Made by a program: the position numbers and the translations under genes. The notes below the pieces were generated by a model that was not told the origin of the DNA, ran no database searches, and saw only the letters and a list, made by a program, of their open reading frames with translations. Below are positions 11,708 through 22,646 of a stretch of DNA of 64,000 nt, piece after piece (position 1 is the first letter of the stretch; each line of letters starts with the position of its first letter). Where the stretch lies: assembly GCA_964106645.2 (NCBI GenBank), contig OZ067041.1. One strand, 5' to 3'. The DNA is from Podarcis pityusensis. Its lineage: Eukaryota.

Positions 11708-13349
11708 CTTTAGAGTGTCTGCTGTTCCTGCTGGTTTTCTCTCTCTCTCCACCCCTCTGCATTTATCTGCTGTTCACTCTCTGGCATCTTTTGGACCCCC
11801 TTGGGCTCCGAAATCCACACCAGACAGAGCCATAGCGGGTTGGCAGGGAGCAGAACAGCCCTGCCAACCCCTCCAACATTTTGCTTAGTGGGAAAAATAT
11901 TTGGGCATGTGGGTAGACAAGACACAGCCAAAAAGGGGGGGGGGGGACCAACAGTAGGCCCCACATGTGCAAGCATGCATGTACTTCAAATCACTAGCAG
12001 GGAGTTACAACTCAGGCAGCGATTCTGCCTTTGCAAAGACCTAACAGGGACTTGGGACCGCAATCCTATATGCAATCTGGGGGTAAGTCCCACTGAACAT
12101 GACAAGCCTTAAGGGATTGTGCTGCTGGTGTAGTTTGGTTCTGGTGTCTAAATCCAGTTTGGGGAGGTTGTGGAAAGTTCCCCAAATGGACCATGAGAAT
12201 TGCTACTATAATGTAAAACAAGAATACCCCCACCAAAAGACAAAAGCAACCCAAGATGCCCCATAGAGAGGATATAAATTACCAGGCAGCCGATGAAACT
12301 GGAAGCCACTGTTTTAATGTAAGTGACTAGGCTCCTCCAAGGCAAATCAGAGATTATGGATATCAGACACAGCCGAGGTCCTGTGCGTGTTGTTATCATA
12401 AGAGTAACAAAAAAGGAGAAAGGAATTTACGGTAAACAATGAAAGCTCTGTACCAGGCAAGGCAGGTACTGCCAAGTAACCACACCTTAAACCTATGGCA
12501 AACACAATGAAATGCCTGATTGTTTAAAACAAATCTAGTACGAAATAATTAGAATATTAAGTTGCTGGCCTCTTTCTACATCTCGGAGTTGGAGGTGCAA
12601 TTTAATGGGGGGGGGGTGCTAGTTATGTGTGCAAGAAGTGGGGGAATCAAGGGAAGCATTGTTTGCCTGTCTACCTAGGAAACATGAAGACTGTATCTTA
12701 TCATTTTTGTGCTCTCCGATTTTCTCATAAGTATAGATGACAGAGAAAAAGCTGCATTTTCACCTGTAAGCCCTCAACATATAGGATGCATTTATATGCA
12801 TTATACACTACACTCTGCTATTTTGCAAGTTTTTTCTGACCACTGTCCCCCCCCCCCCCAATTCTTTGGATGAAGATGTAATTTAGTAGGCTTGATAATC
12901 TACGAAAAGGCTGGTTTTTGTCAGCCTCTAAGCACATTTTAACTAGATGTTTGTAGCTCAGAAACTCATTCACAACTCAGGTTAACCTTTCAGGATCTTT
13001 GGGAGACTTTCAGCTTTGAAACCTAAGGCAAAGGTCAGGAAAAAGCAACCTAGGAACTGATCTTCAATTTCTGGAGTTTAAATAAGTGAATCAGGAGCAT
13101 GCAAAACACTTAGGACATGGTGCATTTAGGGAAACCTGGCAAGGTGTCTCACAGGATAATTTGCCATTGGCTGACGTAGCCTAACCCTTCCCAGGAGACT
13201 GCCTCTTCACAGCTGAGTGCTTTGCCCCTGAACATTATCCAAGTTATGCTTTATTAATCAGACCGTTTTCGTTGAGATTATGTTAATTACTTGGCAGATT
13301 AGGTGCTTATCTCAGAGAGTCACACTATAATCATTTACCAGGGTCTGAG

Positions 13350-13592
13350 CCTTTAGTGTAGAAGGCCTTGCCCTTCGGAACTCCTTGCCAATAGAGGCTC
13401 AGTAGGAGTTGTCCATATTCACTTGCAGACATCTTCTGTATTATTCAGACAGGCCTTTTGAACCTGAGATTCTTTGCCAACCAGCTTTTACTGATGTGTT
13501 TTGTTGTGTTTATTGTAATCCTGTGCTTTTAGCCTGTATACTGCATTGCAATATTTTATATGAAAGTATGTTTTAAATGTTTAAATAAACAA
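13350..13592 (+). mobile_element. Degenerate L2 LINE 3' end
   Basis: gcctttagtg...ggaactccttgcc (AFS..WNSLP)...caggccttttga and a terminal ttttaaatgtttaaataaac. Confidence 0.55.
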
Positions 13593-13969
13593 GCAGTACT
13601 ATATGTATCCTTGTGTGTGGTCTGAGTGCAGAAGGCAGGAAAGGAAATATTACGCTACTTTTCATAAGTTGATTGAATTCACTAGGTCAAGGAAATTGCA
13701 TTTGCCCTGCTTATGTGCTATGGTACTTAATAATAAACATTTTAATTTTAAACGTTACACCAAGTTTGTATGTTCCGGCCTCCAAAAGATTTCACATGCA
13801 TAGTATATAAACTACAGGTTTACTGCCTTATACTTCTGCAGTTGTGAAGACCATATATTTTCGATTGTGTATATGCTAACATATAGCAACATGAAGAAAA
13901 CATCATAATGTTCCCCGTAATATTTTGAAAGTCAAAAAGTCAGTAGAGGAGCAAAACGTATCACATAAT

Positions 13970-13975
13970 TTTATT
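13970..13975 (-). terminator. Candidate distal polyadenylation signal AATAAA
   Basis: Plus-strand tttatt; minus strand continues ...tgatacgttttgctcctctactgactttttg (U-rich downstream element). Confidence 0.55.
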
Positions 13976-15246
13976 AACACAGTATCAACAAAATAATAGA
14001 ACAAGGAAAACTTCAAATATATAATTTCTTCCCATCTTAGTCACTTGGGGTAACAATGTTCTAACAAAATAAATTATCTCTTATTTCATAGAATACACAG
14101 GCTCATTATCAGTCTTTCCTAATCAGATGTTTATCACACAAAATATTTATTTCTGAATGTGTGCACGTATGTGCAAAAAACTATAAAGATTTGGCAGTAT
14201 TACTCCCTTCCTGAATTCAAGAATGGAGTAGCAGTTTTTTTAAACAAAACCTCTTCCATGGTCTACAAAATACTCACTTCTCAAGAACAAACTCAATAGC
14301 CAGAAAAAAATATTTCATACTTTCTTCATGCTAATGTGGATCAACACTGACTCCAGAACAGTCCAATATAGAGATTAATTGCTGTATTGTGCATTTCCCA
14401 GATTTAATTTGTTTACAGTGGCAACAAAGCTATAAGAGCAAGGAGAGTTCACACTGAACTAATCTGGCGTAATTCTTCCTCAAACACTGTTTATACTTTT
14501 ATAGAATAATCTTCCTACTGAAGGTAAACAGACTGATGAGAGTCCGTTTTGGAGTAATGTGATTATTAAGGTTCTACCATTAACATCTGAAGGATGTATA
14601 TTCTGGATCTTATACAGATAGGTTATGCAATCATGGGAATGTTTAAGGCGTCATAAAAGTTACACTGTAAAATACTTGCCATTAGAATCTAATTTAATAT
14701 TAAAACCAGGCAACAAGAAAATTTATAATATTTAAACAACTTCCATTTTTTCATCCAGCTGTTCACTCTAGCAATTGAGTAGAATACCTGAAATAATCTC
14801 CCAATAAGAGTAACTAATGAGACGACAGTAGCTGATTACCACCAAAAATGGAAGGGGTGGCTTCCAACCTAATTTTCTCACTGGTACTATCATTTTGCAG
14901 AGGATTACCATTTAGTTAAGAAACTAACGGTTTGATTCTTTTATACGTAAGGATCCCTGTTTCAACCAATGTTTTATAAATACTAGCAAAGGTGTTTTAT
15001 TTCTTGTTAACTTTAAGTATATTTGCATTGATGGCATTCATATTGTGCAGCTATTTTAAATTTTTAAGTAAACTGCAAGTAAATTATTTTCCTTTAATGT
15101 GTACACACTATACAGCTGAGAAGCCACTATAACCCAGTCTTTAAAGTTCTATTGTCATGCTGCATAGCTTACTTCAATATCAAAATAGAAGGGTGGAGAA
15201 GCTAGCAAACTAGCCTGAAATCTGTCAGCATATGCTAAAACATTTA

Positions 15247-15399
15247 TAGGCAGCTTCCTAATACTAAGTCAGACCATCAAGCTCAGTTCTCTCTAAACTG
15301 GCAACAGATCTCCAAAGTTTTAGTTGCACACAGAGATGCCAGGAATTGAGCATGGGGCATTTTGCATAAACTGCATGTGCTCTGTCACTGAGCTACAGC
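15247..15399 (-). mobile_element. Old tRNA-Ala-like SINE inside the putative REPS2 3'UTR
   Basis: Minus strand gctgtagctcagtgacagagcacatgc...tcaattcctggcatctc head; degenerate tail ...ggtctgacttagtattaggaagctgcc. Confidence 0.65.
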
Positions 15400-15754
15400 T
15401 GAGAATCTGTAGAAATGACTAAGATTTTTACTATTCATTTAAGTTATTTATATACTGCTTAATCACCAAGGTTTCTAAGTGGTATACATGAAGAATTTTG
15501 TTTTATGAAAACCAGAGCACAATGTATTGGAGCATATTCTTGTCTGTCTAGTTCTGGGATAGAGAATCTGCGCTGGCTGCCCTTGCCCCTTTCAGCTAGC
15601 ATGGCCAATGCTTTAGTGATGATGCAGTACATCATCATCTGGGAGGGCCACCCTGGTCTGGGCGAAGTGGGCAGGGTTTTCTGTCGCCTGACATTATGCT
15701 TACTTTGCAAGGCTATGGAATATTTTCAGTGAATGGTGTGGGTCATATAATGCA

Positions 15755-16035
15755 GGAAGAGCCCTACCAGATCACACCAACAGGCCATATAATTCCATAT
15801 CCTGTTTTTAATAGTAGCCAGGTAGGTCTGTGCGGAGCCCACAAAAAGGCCTCAACGCAGTAGTCCTCTCCTTTTATTTTGCACCGAAATAACTGGTGCT
15901 CTCTGCCACACTGTCAGAAGAGGCTCCACATTGGTGCAATGGCCTAGTAGCTGTTGATAGTCCTCTGTTCCAGAAATTTATCAAATCTTCATTTAAAGAG
16001 ATCCAAGCTAGAGGACATCATCACATCTCGTAGAT
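15755..16035 (-). mobile_element. Older CR1-family 3' end inside the putative 3'UTR
   Basis: gaagagccc...gatcacaccaa...tgatagtcctctgttccagaaatttatcaaatc...tccaagctag. Confidence 0.65.
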
Positions 16036-18201
16036 GATGCAGTGAGTGTGTTATGTTAAGGGATGACTTTCAAAAACATGAAACTTAAGGGAGGAAAACG
16101 AAGTTACATAAATTTACAGTGGTAAAAATATTTCCCTACCTGCAGCTTCCCCCAAAAGATCACTGTCCCCGTTGCCAGTGCAATTCTAGAATGCAATTCA
16201 AGGAATACTTTCTATTAGAATTCAGTCTGGACAAGATTATATATGCTTATGAATGTGTACTGCCAAAGAGTCTTACTAGGTTAACAGGACTTCCTTGGAG
16301 TGAAGTGTATTAACTGAGTAGGATAGACGACCAAAACAATAATTGCCATAAGGAAACGAGATCCATTACTCCGAAATGGAGGAGAAATGGATATGTGGAA
16401 TTCACTGATAACATCAACTCACCAGAATACAAAACAAATATAATTCTACCAAAAAAAGTAAATAAGTGGAATTTTACCAAGTCACATACAGTTAGCCAAT
16501 GGATATTGCCCACTGCTAAGATATAATAAGCCGAACAAGTTAAGAAATAAGCAAAAACATCTAATTGCCAAAAGCAACGAATCTCTAAATTTTGCATTTA
16601 ATTTTTTTCATCACTTGATACTAAGTTAAATACAAAAGGTGTAATATGAACAGACATGAGGCACAGTTCACAAATCCTATTGTGCTGACATACCATTGCT
16701 CCAGCATGTCTCGGCCTTGCATAGCATACAACTGTGAGTAAGTCTGCCCTGTATGAACTATGGCACATTCCTTGTACTTAGCCATTCCAAGACATGTGGG
16801 TTTCATGCTGCAGCAGTAAGAAAAACTCACATAGATACTAGTGCCAAGGCACCCACAAGTCAGTTCAGGCAGACCACACACACCAAACCCCATGAACTAA
16901 CACTACAGGGAGTTATATAACCCACACTGCCACATAGTCTGAGGGCAATACAGTACCCACCAATGCTGTTGAAATGATTGGAGTAGCTGCAAAGATTCCC
17001 AGTCAGGGAACATACCTCCATTCCTTCAACACCAGGTTTGGACCAATGGCAACTACTGGGGTATGCACTGCTGTTTTGGGGGGCCAAATAAAAAGGCAAA
17101 TTGGGATGATGTGGGGGACTCCCCTACTCCCTGAGTCGAAGCATGGTGTAATTCCCACCCCTTCAGTTTGATCAGGGCACCAACAAAGCCACAGAGCTGC
17201 TTTGTTTCTGTGCCAGTACAACTCTATCTTTTCCTGTATATCTCTATGCTTCTCTCAGTCCATGGGCTTTGCAAGACGTGAAGGGGTCGAAAATGTTGTC
17301 TGCAAAGCACAGCATTGGGTGCATTTTTTTTACAAAAATAAATAAGTAAAACATTTCATCTTAGGGGTTTTTTTAAGTGTACTTTGCTCTGCTTTAATAA
17401 GAACAAAATCAACAACCCAGAGCTCTTTAGAACTCTGCAAGCAGCATTCTAGGCTCAACATTGTAAAGTATATTAGAGACCTGTGCAGGTCTACTGGGAG
17501 GCCTATAAAGCCTGTTGGAGGTCACAAACAATCGTCAGGAAAAAGGCTGATGTGAAGCTGCGAAGGTCTTTTAAAAATGTACATGCTAGTATATGCACCA
17601 TTTGGCAACCTCTTAATTATTTTAAGGTAAGAAAAAGACAAGATCCCCTCGGGTTATGGAGAAAAGTACATTCTTTTTACTTCCCCACAAAAAGCACCTG
17701 GAATTTGTCTGCAATTTGGCAGGCCTAATTCACTCTGGAGGCACTTCTGTGCCTATAAACTTAATCCACCCTGTCCAAAAGGGAAACATTTTACCTGTTT
17801 TTAGATTCCCCATTATAGTGAATGGGGAACACAGGCTTTCATTTTATACTAACTGGCTCAGGAGCCAAACTGCAGATTGTAGTGGAGAAGTACACAGTGT
17901 GATTCAGCCATGGTTCAGAATTTTGAAAACAGCAACACAGATAACAGATATCTTGGGACCTGTGCACAAACTCCAAGCAACTACTGCAGAGCGGCTGAGA
18001 TGCAGGCTTCAGGAAACAGGCAGGGAGTCAACACCCAATGGTAGTTTGTAGAAGGAGATGTGTGTGGGTTGCAAAACCACAGTGGGTTGCAAAAGCACAC
18101 TAGTGTTGCATCCAGAAATGGTCAGTAATCACAAAGTTGATTTTTTTTTAAAAAAAGATAATGTACATAAGGAATACAGAGCTTTGTAGATGCTGCTTTC
18201 A

Positions 18202-18207
18202 TTTATT
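18202..18207 (-). terminator. Candidate proximal polyadenylation signal AATAAA
   Basis: AATAAA ~400 nt after the stop, with U-rich tracts further downstream. Confidence 0.3.
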
Positions 18208-18611
18208 CTAAAACTAGAAAGACTTTAAAGATCACAGATATGTAAAAAGTGATAATCCCGGATGAAGGTAAATATAAGCAAATTTTCTAGACATATATAC
18301 TATTTAAATATCCCACCCTAACACATATAAATCAAGAATTATTGGAATAAATAAGTGTTAACAGTAAGAGAGAGATGGAATTTGACTGAGGCATTCTTGA
18401 AGGGTCGGTGGGAAAACAAGTTCAATTTCATAGGCATAAGGTTTGACATTCAGATTGTGTACCTTCCTCATCTGCAAGGTAAACTGGTGCAAGAAATGCA
18501 AAAGAAACATGGCAGTCACTTTTCCCAAATGATGTTGCCTTAGTGAAAAAAGCTTCTGCCAATATATTGTGCGGTTAAAGGTACTTGAAGCAAAAATTCT
18601 GTTACAGAATT

Positions 18612-18680
18612 TCATAAGACAGTGACAGGTCGGAGCTGCTCCAACTGAGTTTCCAGTGCAGTTCGTTCTTTGTGAACTTC
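18612..18680 (-). CDS. REPS2: REPS2 last coding exon, EVHKERTALETQLEQLRPVTVL*
   Basis: 69 nt, gatctag| acceptor, TGA at 18612-18614. Confidence 0.98.
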   Translation of the reverse strand, partial: EVHKERTALETQLEQLRPVTVL

Positions 18681-18690
18681 CTAGATCATG

Positions 18691-18733
18691 CAAACAAACA
18701 AACAAACAAACAAACAAACAAACAAACAAACAA
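18691..18733. repeat. (CAAA)n microsatellite
   Basis: ~10 units read directly; abuts the acceptor of the last REPS2 exon. Confidence 0.95.
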
Positions 18734-19856
18734 CAATTAGAATATAGCCCTTAAAGGCATAAATGCATAAAAACAATCATGTCTTAAGATGCAGACTTAT
18801 AAAATCCACTTTTACAATCACTCCATAATTAATATACTTATAGCACTCACGCCCAAGTAAACTGATGTTACAACACTACAGACTTTACACTCAATTGGTG
18901 GCTTGGTGCAGCAAGTATTGCCTAAATGTCCCACTGACATTCCCCTATGCCCTGAATGCAGGGTCTGGGATCCTCTTTCAGTTTAAATCTGGGTGTTTAA
19001 GGAATCAAACACAACAGTGTATTAAAGTACACAAAGCTTCCAGAAGATGGCTTATTTGAGATGCCACAAACATTAGGCTAGCTCTCGCCAACTGATTTGC
19101 CCAACATTATTCCGAACTCTGTTATAATACTAATGTCTACAGCCAGCTGTAACGAGTTAAAGGGGCCACCTCTACACAAGCAATCTTGGAGCAGTGGCTA
19201 TGAGAGACATCCAGTTAGTCAATCACTGGCCTTATTTTACTAACCACCATTATTAATTTGAATCTTTTTTCTTTCAACTCATACAAATGTAAAATTCACT
19301 GACTGGAATATATTAGGCCAAGCACCTCACTGAGATCATTTTGTCACCGCTTGGCAGAAAAGCCAGAACTATCTTTTCTGTTCCAAGATTACAAAGAAGG
19401 TGGGTTGGGTGGGGAGAAGAAAGCTGGCTCCAGAGTTCTACAGCAGATTTCTACTCACAAATGGGGCGGTCTGGGATACTGGCTTCCCTTTCCCTCTGCA
19501 GTCCCCTAAAAATCTGATCTAGATGGTTGAGGGGGAACCCTGGAGCAGCAAGGGGCTGAAGGGGAATGGTGGAGGGATTGGCTAAAATCTGTACTTTAGT
19601 TTCTGCTGGATCCAAGCTCCTTCCATTTGTGAAAGGGCGCTTTGGGATTTAACTAGCAGCCCCCACAGCTTAGAGTGCAAGTGATCCTGCTGCTCTCATA
19701 TTTCAAGATGGGAGAGAGGGTATTTGCCTCGGCAAGGTGCACACACTTTGGTTTGCTTCCTGTATTTAACAGTGTAGATGGAGGCATATGACATAGGCTT
19801 CAGAGAGCTTCACGACATGTCTAAGCATAGATCCCTACTTGAAGTGTCCTCCTTAC

Positions 19857-19962
19857 CTTCAGCTGTTGCTGGAGTTCACTGTTCAACCGAGCTAGGACCA
19901 CGTTCGCTTCTTTATTTTTACGGATAGCTGTCTGAATAGCTTTCTTCTGTTTTGAAGACTGT
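19857..19962 (-). CDS. REPS2: REPS2 exon, RalBP1-binding coiled coil, [35 protein letters not shown]
   Basis: 106 nt, ctccggcag| ... |gtaagg, phase 2->0; near-identical to human. Confidence 0.98.
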
Positions 19963-20199
19963 CTGCCGGAGAGTAAAGACAAACCACTTTCAGAAAATGT
20001 ATCACAGGGCCTTCCTGCTGTTTGGTAAAAAGGGATGCATTATGATACTTACACCTGAGACTAATTAAAATCAAAATGGGGTGGGGGGGGGAGGAAATGC
20101 ATTTACAAAAGAGAGTTGCTATGCAGAAATAAATATTTATGAAATCAGGACATTCAATTAGAGATCATGATCTTGTGGAAATCAGAAATGTAAGGAAGA

Positions 20200-20350
20200 A
20201 ATTGTAGAGAATTGTAGAGTTGGAAGGGACCCTGAGGATCATCTAGTTAAACCCACTGCAATGCAAGGATATGTAGCGGTACCATATGGGGATCGAACCC
20301 ACAACCTTGACGTTATCAGCACCATACTGTAACCAACTGGCTATCCAGGC
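20200..20350 (-). mobile_element. SINE with tRNA-Ile-like head and CR1-like tail
   Basis: Head gcctggatagccagttggttacagtatggtgctgataacgtcaaggttgtgggttcgatcccc; tail ctagatgatcctcagggtcccttccaactctacaattct. Confidence 0.85.
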
Positions 20351-20764
20351 ATTTTAATAGCCCTATCTGTAGGCCAGAATTCATTTACTATGTTAACCTG
20401 GCTCAATTTCCTCATTAAAGCTTATTTCCCTATATACCACTGAACTGAGATCAGCTCAAATGGAGGGATCTCCAGTCTAACACTGCCAATTTCATGGACA
20501 GTTGACCTCCTACTACATGACCTGACATGGACAATGGCACGCTTTTATGGATCAACACAGCTGTCCCCTATATATTAAGGGGGAAACTCACCTTAATAGG
20601 TCTAAAGATAGCACCTGTGTTTAACTTTCAGTACAAACAGTCATAAATACGTTTTTCTGTTTAGTATAAAGAATGAGAAATATATTTTAAAATGTAAGAA
20701 GAGCCCTGTTGGATCAGATCAAAGGTCCATCTGGTCCAGCACTCTATCCCCACAGCTGCCAGTT

Positions 20765-20930
20765 AGATCAAAGAATCTAGTTCAACCTCCTGCAATGCAG
20801 GAATCTCAACTAAAGCATCCATGACAGGTGGTCATCCAACCTCTGCTTAAAAACCTCCAATGAAGGAGAGTCCACAACCTCCCGAGGGAGTCCGTTCCAC
20901 CGTTGAACAGCTCTTACTAGAAGCATCTTA
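20765..20930 (-). mobile_element. CR1 LINE 3' end
   Basis: LVRAVQRWNGLPREVVDSPSLEVFKQRLDDHLSWML, the canonical CR1 ORF2 C-terminus. Confidence 0.92.
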
Positions 20931-22500
20931 TTAGATGTTTGTGGGAAACCTAGAAGCAGGACCCTACTTTTCAAAGTACAATAATCTATTTGAAGTCCTC
21001 TGCTACTCGCGTTCACCAGAAATAAATAGCCATCATGACTACTGATATTATCTTTGGTTTTTAAAAAGCAAGTTTTTTGGTTTTTTGTTTTACTAGCATA
21101 TCTGCACCTACTAGTATTTCCCCTATGGAAACCTTATTAAGAACATTTATATACAGATATGTTTGCTGCCCCCCTTTATTAGTTAATATTTTCATGGTTT
21201 TTTCCACCTGAGAGATAGAGGTAGTTTGCATGTTACAAAGCAGTAGTAAAAGCATAAATAAAACTCATTTGTACTCCTCTGCTTCTTTGTAGCATGCAAG
21301 AGACCAAAGTTATGATGTCACAAGGTAAAACAGAATTTCCAGTATGAGTCTTTAGATTTTGTACATCCATCTGTTCTACTTTTTTTTTAGTGAATATGTT
21401 AGCAATTTTCATCTTGAGAGAAAACCAAGAAACTGGAAAAACAGGGGAAATATAGGCTAGATAAGCAGAATTGTTCCTGAGAGAAGCCTTTTATGATTTT
21501 CTGCAAGGTGTTAGCTGCTCTTAAATGACAACGTGATCAAAGGCAGATACATTTGTTTTAAAAACAGCACAAAGTCCATGTGAAAAAAGTGGAGTTAGCT
21601 TTCCCACTCTCTAAAAAGAGAGGTGACAATTTGATCTTTGGAAGAGAATCCCAATGATTTTTCCAGAAAGTCTTCCCCCTGCTTCTTCACTGCCCTCCGC
21701 CACATCCTTCAACACTCTAGCTGAGGAAAACAAAAATATGCTTATTTGACTGATAAGTAAACTTCAGCCATTTACTGTTCTCAAAATAGGACTAATTTGT
21801 TATGCCAGCAGCAAATGCATCTGTTTTGAAAGAGTCAATTAGGCTCTACAAACAACACTAATACTTTCAGTTCACTCAAAAACTCTTAGGAAGAGTTCCA
21901 GCCTTCCACATTACTTGCCAGAAATGCATACTTCAGAAGGGTGTGGCTTTATACCACCACTTTTCAGGTACTACATGGGATTAGAAAACTTAAAATAAAA
22001 ATAAAAAATGGCTGCATGGATTCAACGGCCAGGCAGTTATTCCTTCATTGTACTGGTTCCAAAACACATTTCAACAGCCCTCAAAATCATGGAGCCAGAA
22101 CACTAGAACAGGTATCAAAGTTCATCTATTCAGTCTCTTGCCATACACCAGGATTTTCCGCCTACATCTCTCCATAGATTAACTGTCCCTTTCCAGATTC
22201 CCGCCCCTGCCCACCCCTAATCCACAGAAGAGTATTTCAGAAGGCTAGATGTCTTTTTCAGTGAGTCTGCATGCTCTAAGTACTAAGAAAAAACAAGTGA
22301 GTTGCATAAGCTGTGTCAGCATCTGGTGGTTGTGAATTGCCCAAACAAAATTATTTTCAAACTTCACATCTGGAAGACAGTAGAAGGAAGTGCAGCTCAC
22401 TTGCACTTTTTCCACATTCCTTTTTTTTAGAATGCTTTATATCCCTCCATGTTGCCACAAAGCCCTCTCCCCAATTTCTCATAAAAGTCAGCCTTTTTAC

Positions 22501-22646
22501 TTTGGGATTGTATGGTGGGATTTGATGGCAGGCAAGGAAGGGGCTACACTTTTCGTGGGAGAAAGTTCCTGGTTCTCTAGCGTCTGGCTTTCAGGCCGGA
22601 ATTTCCTGCGAATCGGTTTTGATGGTGGTTGAGTAAGCAACACCTC
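22501..22646 (-). CDS. REPS2: REPS2 exon, EVLLTQPPSKPIRRKFRPESQTLENQELSPTKSVAPSLPAIKSHHTIPK
   Basis: 146 nt, ccccacag| ... |gtaaaa, phase 0->2. Confidence 0.96.

Larger units (their letters stand above)
3112..12380 (-). pseudogene. Possible decayed multi-exon gene of unknown identity (membrane-anchor block plus atypical-kinase-like block)
   Basis: Blocks 12380-~12110, 10357-~10085, 6321-5981, 5647-5409 and 3318-3112 each start at a YAG acceptor, mostly with a pyrimidine tract. Three end at GT donors. They give protein-like translations; all but the last contain stops or frameshifts. No family was positively recognised. Confidence 0.35.
13950..18611 (-). other. REPS2: Probable long REPS2 3'UTR (~4.6 kb)
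   Basis: AT-rich stretch after the stop codon, ending at a minus-strand AATAAA (13970-13975) followed by U-rich sequence. The end point is inferred. Confidence 0.55.
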
